The notes under the pieces were generated by a model that was not told where the DNA came from, ran no database searches, and saw only the letters and a program-made list of their open reading frames with translations. A stretch of DNA of 64,000 nucleotides from an uncultured Candidatus Saccharibacteria bacterium. GTDB lineage: Bacteria > Patescibacteriota > Minisyncoccia > Phycocordibacterales > UBA918. The stretch spans positions 530 to 64,529 of the forward strand of contig CAZVFY010000004.1 in NCBI GenBank assembly GCA_964626635.1, given 5' to 3'. This document shows positions 60,832 through 64,000 of this stretch, piece after piece. The position numbers and the translations under genes are program-made. The first letter of the stretch is position 1. The number at the start of each line of letters is the position of its first letter.

Positions 60832-61471
60832 TCCCGTCGACCCGCGTCAACGATTTATTCCGAACGCAGAGATCGACGTCGATACCAACGCGCCCAGCAC
60901 TCCCGAACCGTTTTTAAATGATGCCAACTGGTTTTCTTGGCTCGATGGGGGGGCATTGTGGGGATTCTTGGGAACACTCGGCGCGATCATTAGTTTCTTG
61001 TGGTCAATCTATGCGTTCCTCGCGTATCTACTGTGCATCATATTCATCGTGCTCTACATTTATGCGACTATCCGCAAGCAAGAGTACGACGCTCTTACGG
61101 CCGAGGTAATTCGTAACGAAGAAAAGCGCTGGGACGAACTGTACGGTGCCCGTGGGCAAACAAGTGTGTTAGGCGACGTCAATGCCTACGTCAGTTCAGA
61201 GAATCCCAACGATTGGAAACTGGCGATTATTGAGGCTGACATACTGTTGGCCGACTCGCTACGCGACCGGGGGTACGTCGGCGATACGCTCGGCGAGCGC
61301 TTGCGCCACATCACTCCCAACCAGCTCAGTAGCATTGACGACGCCTGGGAAGCGCACAAGGTTCGCAACAAAATTGCTCATGAAGGCGCAGACTTTGTCC
61401 TCACCAAACGCATTGCCGAGGAAACTATCAATCGCTATCGTCGCGTCCTAAACGAACTCGGAGTACAATAG
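60803..61471 (+). CDS. conserved hypothetical membrane protein
   Basis: TM then WKLAIIEAD...GDTLGERL...AHKVRNKIAHE (HEPN-like RxxxxH). Confidence 0.8.
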   Translation: MILKFIQDNNPVDPRQRFIPNAEIDVDTNAPSTPEPFLNDANWFSWLDGGALWGFLGTLGAIISFLWSIYAFLAYLLCIIFIVLYIYATIRKQEYDALTAEVIRNEEKRWDELYGARGQTSVLGDVNAYVSSENPNDWKLAIIEADILLADSLRDRGYVGDTLGERLRHITPNQLSSIDDAWEAHKVRNKIAHEGADFVLTKRIAEETINRYRRVLNELGVQ

Positions 61472-61540
61472 TTAGCTGGGTAAAAATAGAGTGCAGGATG
61501 TCTTGCGTCTACTCAAATTTCTGTTATACTACTAACTCAT

Positions 61541-61612
61541 CGCGGGATGGAGGAGGGGTTACCTCGGGAGGCTCATAACCTCCAGGGTCGGGTTCGAGTC
61601 CCGATCCCGCAA
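61541..61612 (+). tRNA. initiator-type tRNA-Met (CAT)
   Basis: C1:A72 mismatch, A11-U24, GGAGG-CTCATAA-CCTCC anticodon arm, TCGGG-TTCGAGT-CCCGA T arm; CCA not encoded. Confidence 0.9.
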
Positions 61613-61735
61613 CAATAAAACTAACACTGGGCTCGCTATGTGAGACCGGTGTTAGTTTTTGGCAAAAGTTGGCGTGTCAAACTACATGATCAAAAAGTGG
61701 GTCGCGCAAGATAGCGCGACCCACAGGGTCAGGGT

Positions 61736-62506
61736 CTAGAAAGGTATGTCATCGACGCGTGGTATGGGTCGAGGCGGAAACGCGATCGGTGGCGGCAGTT
61801 CGGCGCCGCCTACACCCCGACAGGCAGCGGGATGTATTGTGCGGTGCATCCTCTCGTACCACCGCCCCGTCCGCTCGGCACAAGTGAACCGGGTGCGCGA
61901 GCGGATCTCCTTTCCATTGCCGGCACGAATACGACCCCGAAAGGTAACCGCTTTACCGTTACGTCGATGGGTTACTTGTACGCCGGTAGGCAAATCGGCG
62001 TTGGTTGCTCTTACCCTACGGGCAATGTTACCCATATTACTCGTTTGCGTTGTTGTCCTGAGGTTACAATCTCGGTTGTCGAGCGTGTGTCCGTTTTGGT
62101 GGTCAACAACTGTACGCTTGCCTGACCGTATGACGCCGCATACGTAGCGGTGCAACAAGATCTGTGACGGCGCGCCATGGCCTCTCTCGCGGTTCGTGGC
62201 GCGCCGTTTGGCGTATACGCTGATGATTGCTCCTGTTCTGGTGTCGTGACTGACGGATGCACACCAGTTAAATTTACATAAAATGGAGTAATCTGCAGGC
62301 GAGACAATTGTGAAGAAGCCTTTGGTCAGTGGGATGATACCGTACTTTTGATAGTAGTCGACCGGTAGTCCGTATGTTTCAAAACAAAACGCCTCATACT
62401 CTGGCTCTAGGTTGAGTGGCGTAATATCATCAGCCGCCCGTTCTGGATCTGGTAGTCTGGCGGCTGCCTCAAAGGCAGCCGTTTCGTCAAATGGGTCATA
62501 CGTCAT
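61736..62506 (-). CDS. HNH endonuclease with an AP2-like domain
   Basis: LHRYV...VVDHQNGHTLDNRDCNLR...N, then GV...FRGRI; ends DDIPF. Confidence 0.88.
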   Translation of the reverse strand: MTYDPFDETAAFEAAARLPDPERAADDITPLNLEPEYEAFCFETYGLPVDYYQKYGIIPLTKGFFTIVSPADYSILCKFNWCASVSHDTRTGAIISVYAKRRATNRERGHGAPSQILLHRYVCGVIRSGKRTVVDHQNGHTLDNRDCNLRTTTQTSNMGNIARRVRATNADLPTGVQVTHRRNGKAVTFRGRIRAGNGKEIRSRTRFTCAERTGRWYERMHRTIHPAACRGVGGAELPPPIAFPPRPIPRVDDIPF

Positions 62507-62609
62507 CGCACCACCTCTCTAGGTTTGAATTGTGAAGGAACTGATCGTCATTATTGCATACCCTTCGCGCTCACTCACTTTACTTTTCACAATACCTTGG
62601 TCCAGATAC

Positions 62610-62639
62610 AAAAACCGGGGGCAGCGACGCTGCCCCCGG
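62610..62639 (-). terminator. intrinsic terminator
   Basis: CCGGGGGCAGCG-A-CGCTGCCCCCGG with a T run on the minus strand. Confidence 0.8.
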
Positions 62640-62647
62640 CGAGGATC

Positions 62648-63820
62648 CTATAACAGAATCACTTGTTCGGGTGATTTGGATTTTGTGACTGACACGGGCG
62701 GTCTGTCCAACACCACTTGAGGGACGTGCTCCTCAAACCTAAATCGCGGATTCAGGTACAAGTGGCCGCCGTACGCTTCAGGCCGTTCACCTCTGCGCTG
62801 ATAGTACGGACCGGCTGGTATGGCCAGTTCGCAGGTAGCGCGGATCGGACACTGCCCACAGGTATTGAGGATGCGCATAAGGTGTCGTCGCTGCAACAGT
62901 CTCGTGTGCGGGTCACGGAGGCCGCCATCCAAATCAAGTCCGCCAGCACTTGCCGCCGTATGGTCGGGTGACCGGCGGGTCGTGATGGGTGAATTGCCAC
63001 ACGCTTCGAGCGAAAACAACCAGATCGCGTCAGCCAACGCAACCGGGTCTGCCTCACGACCCTCTAGATATTTCATCGTGAGATCGCGCCATGGAGCTGA
63101 AATCAGCTCATGGTTTCTGAGACTGATCGGCTCTGGTACTAGTCGCAGCACCCGCTGTCCGAGTCCGATTCGAAAGTTGTGAAAGTCTGCTGGAGTCGGA
63201 TACACGAAGCGCGTTTCCAGTAACCCTTCCCAGTCGAGGAAGTACACCAACATCGCGACCATCTTGGGGCGAAATCCGACGAAGCCCTGGTGTTTGCCTC
63301 TGGTAGAAGCTTTCCCAAACACGTTGCGTTTAGGCCAATGGTCTCCATTCCAGATTCGCCGTTGCGCCTCATCCCAGCTGGTAAGGTCTTTACATATGTT
63401 TGAAACCTTACCATCCCAGTTCCGCACCAGACGCTTTGAATTCAAGATCCAAAACTTCGCTACGTTGGCCGCATCCCAGCCGATGTATTCTTTCAGTATT
63501 GGTCTGAGTTCTGCGACGGTTAGCTGCTGGGCGTGGTGTGGGTCAAACAGGTCCTGATGGTCTGTGTAAAGATTGATGAGTGCCCGGAACGCTTGTGCGC
63601 TTTCGATTCCTCCGCGCATGTACAAACACGCGTAGAAGTAAAAGCAATAAATTGTTTCCGGATTCTCGTGGTGACGAATACTATCTGGGATCAGCGTCTG
63701 TGGAATGAGGGCGCCGGGTCGGTTGTATGGGAATGATTTGGCTGCCCATAACGAGAGTAGCTGGTCGAACAACGCAAAGCCGCGCTGCTCATCAACGATG
63801 ACGCGAGGCGAGTTGCTCAT
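62648..63820 (-). CDS. divergent HhH-GPD (endonuclease III-like) protein
   Basis: GFRPKMVAM (HhH-like), PADFHNFRI (VDxHxxR-like), CGQCPIRATC. Confidence 0.6.
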   Translation of the reverse strand: MSNSPRVIVDEQRGFALFDQLLSLWAAKSFPYNRPGALIPQTLIPDSIRHHENPETIYCFYFYACLYMRGGIESAQAFRALINLYTDHQDLFDPHHAQQLTVAELRPILKEYIGWDAANVAKFWILNSKRLVRNWDGKVSNICKDLTSWDEAQRRIWNGDHWPKRNVFGKASTRGKHQGFVGFRPKMVAMLVYFLDWEGLLETRFVYPTPADFHNFRIGLGQRVLRLVPEPISLRNHELISAPWRDLTMKYLEGREADPVALADAIWLFSLEACGNSPITTRRSPDHTAASAGGLDLDGGLRDPHTRLLQRRHLMRILNTCGQCPIRATCELAIPAGPYYQRRGERPEAYGGHLYLNPRFRFEEHVPQVVLDRPPVSVTKSKSPEQVILL

Positions 63821-63933
63821 GAGTCGCTCCTATGGTGTTGCGAGACGTCCTTTGTAAAAGAACTTTGTGATCAGGTATAGCATTTTGGGAAAAGTTTGTA
63901 TATGGTTTGCGAAACGATATATAGTGATGGGAT

Positions 63934-64000
63934 ATGCAAGCCATCATCCTCGCGGCGGGTAAGGGCACTCGCCTGCGCCCACTCACAGAAAATACTCCCA
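63934..64000 (+). CDS. sugar-phosphate nucleotidyltransferase, 5' end (truncated by the window)
   Basis: MQAIILAAGKGTRLRPLTENTP. Confidence 0.9.
   Translation, partial: MQAIILAAGKGTRLRPLTENTP

Overview
A bacterial chromosome segment that looks like Patescibacteria/CPR (Parcubacteria-like). The evidence is the pilM-N-O-pilB-receiver-pilT-pilC-pilin-pilD-minor pilins-ligA-gatC-gatA order and the many apparently leaderless genes; genetic code 11. The housekeeping flanks (smpB, ftsH, ABC exporter, recG, malic enzyme, alkA, gdhA, comF, type IV pilus cluster, ligA, gatCA) enclose an AT-richer island of about 25 kb inserted at tRNA-Ser(GCT), bounded by an 18-bp direct repeat (13695-13712 / 38864-38881). 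The island carries a multicopper oxidase, two solo PD-(D/E)XK nucleases, a stand-alone membrane-anchored FtsK-gamma protein, a Zorya-like operon in the order zorB-zorA-HNH, a large serine recombinase, a type III R-M system, a ParB-methylase/methylase backbone and a complete diversity-generating retroelement (DGR). The DGR template (TR 30952-31077) and variable repeat (VR 31465-31590) differ at 19 of 126 positions, all at TR adenines. Its avd gene is antisense to TR and RT and starts back-to-back with RT (CAT|ATG). Other oddities are a tRNA-Ile with a UAU anticodon, a VPLPA-CTERM gene broken by one in-frame TAG, an HNH-AP2 nuclease ending in the SSB-like tail DDIPF, and several structured non-coding leaders. 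All calls come from reading the sequence by eye; no database search was run.
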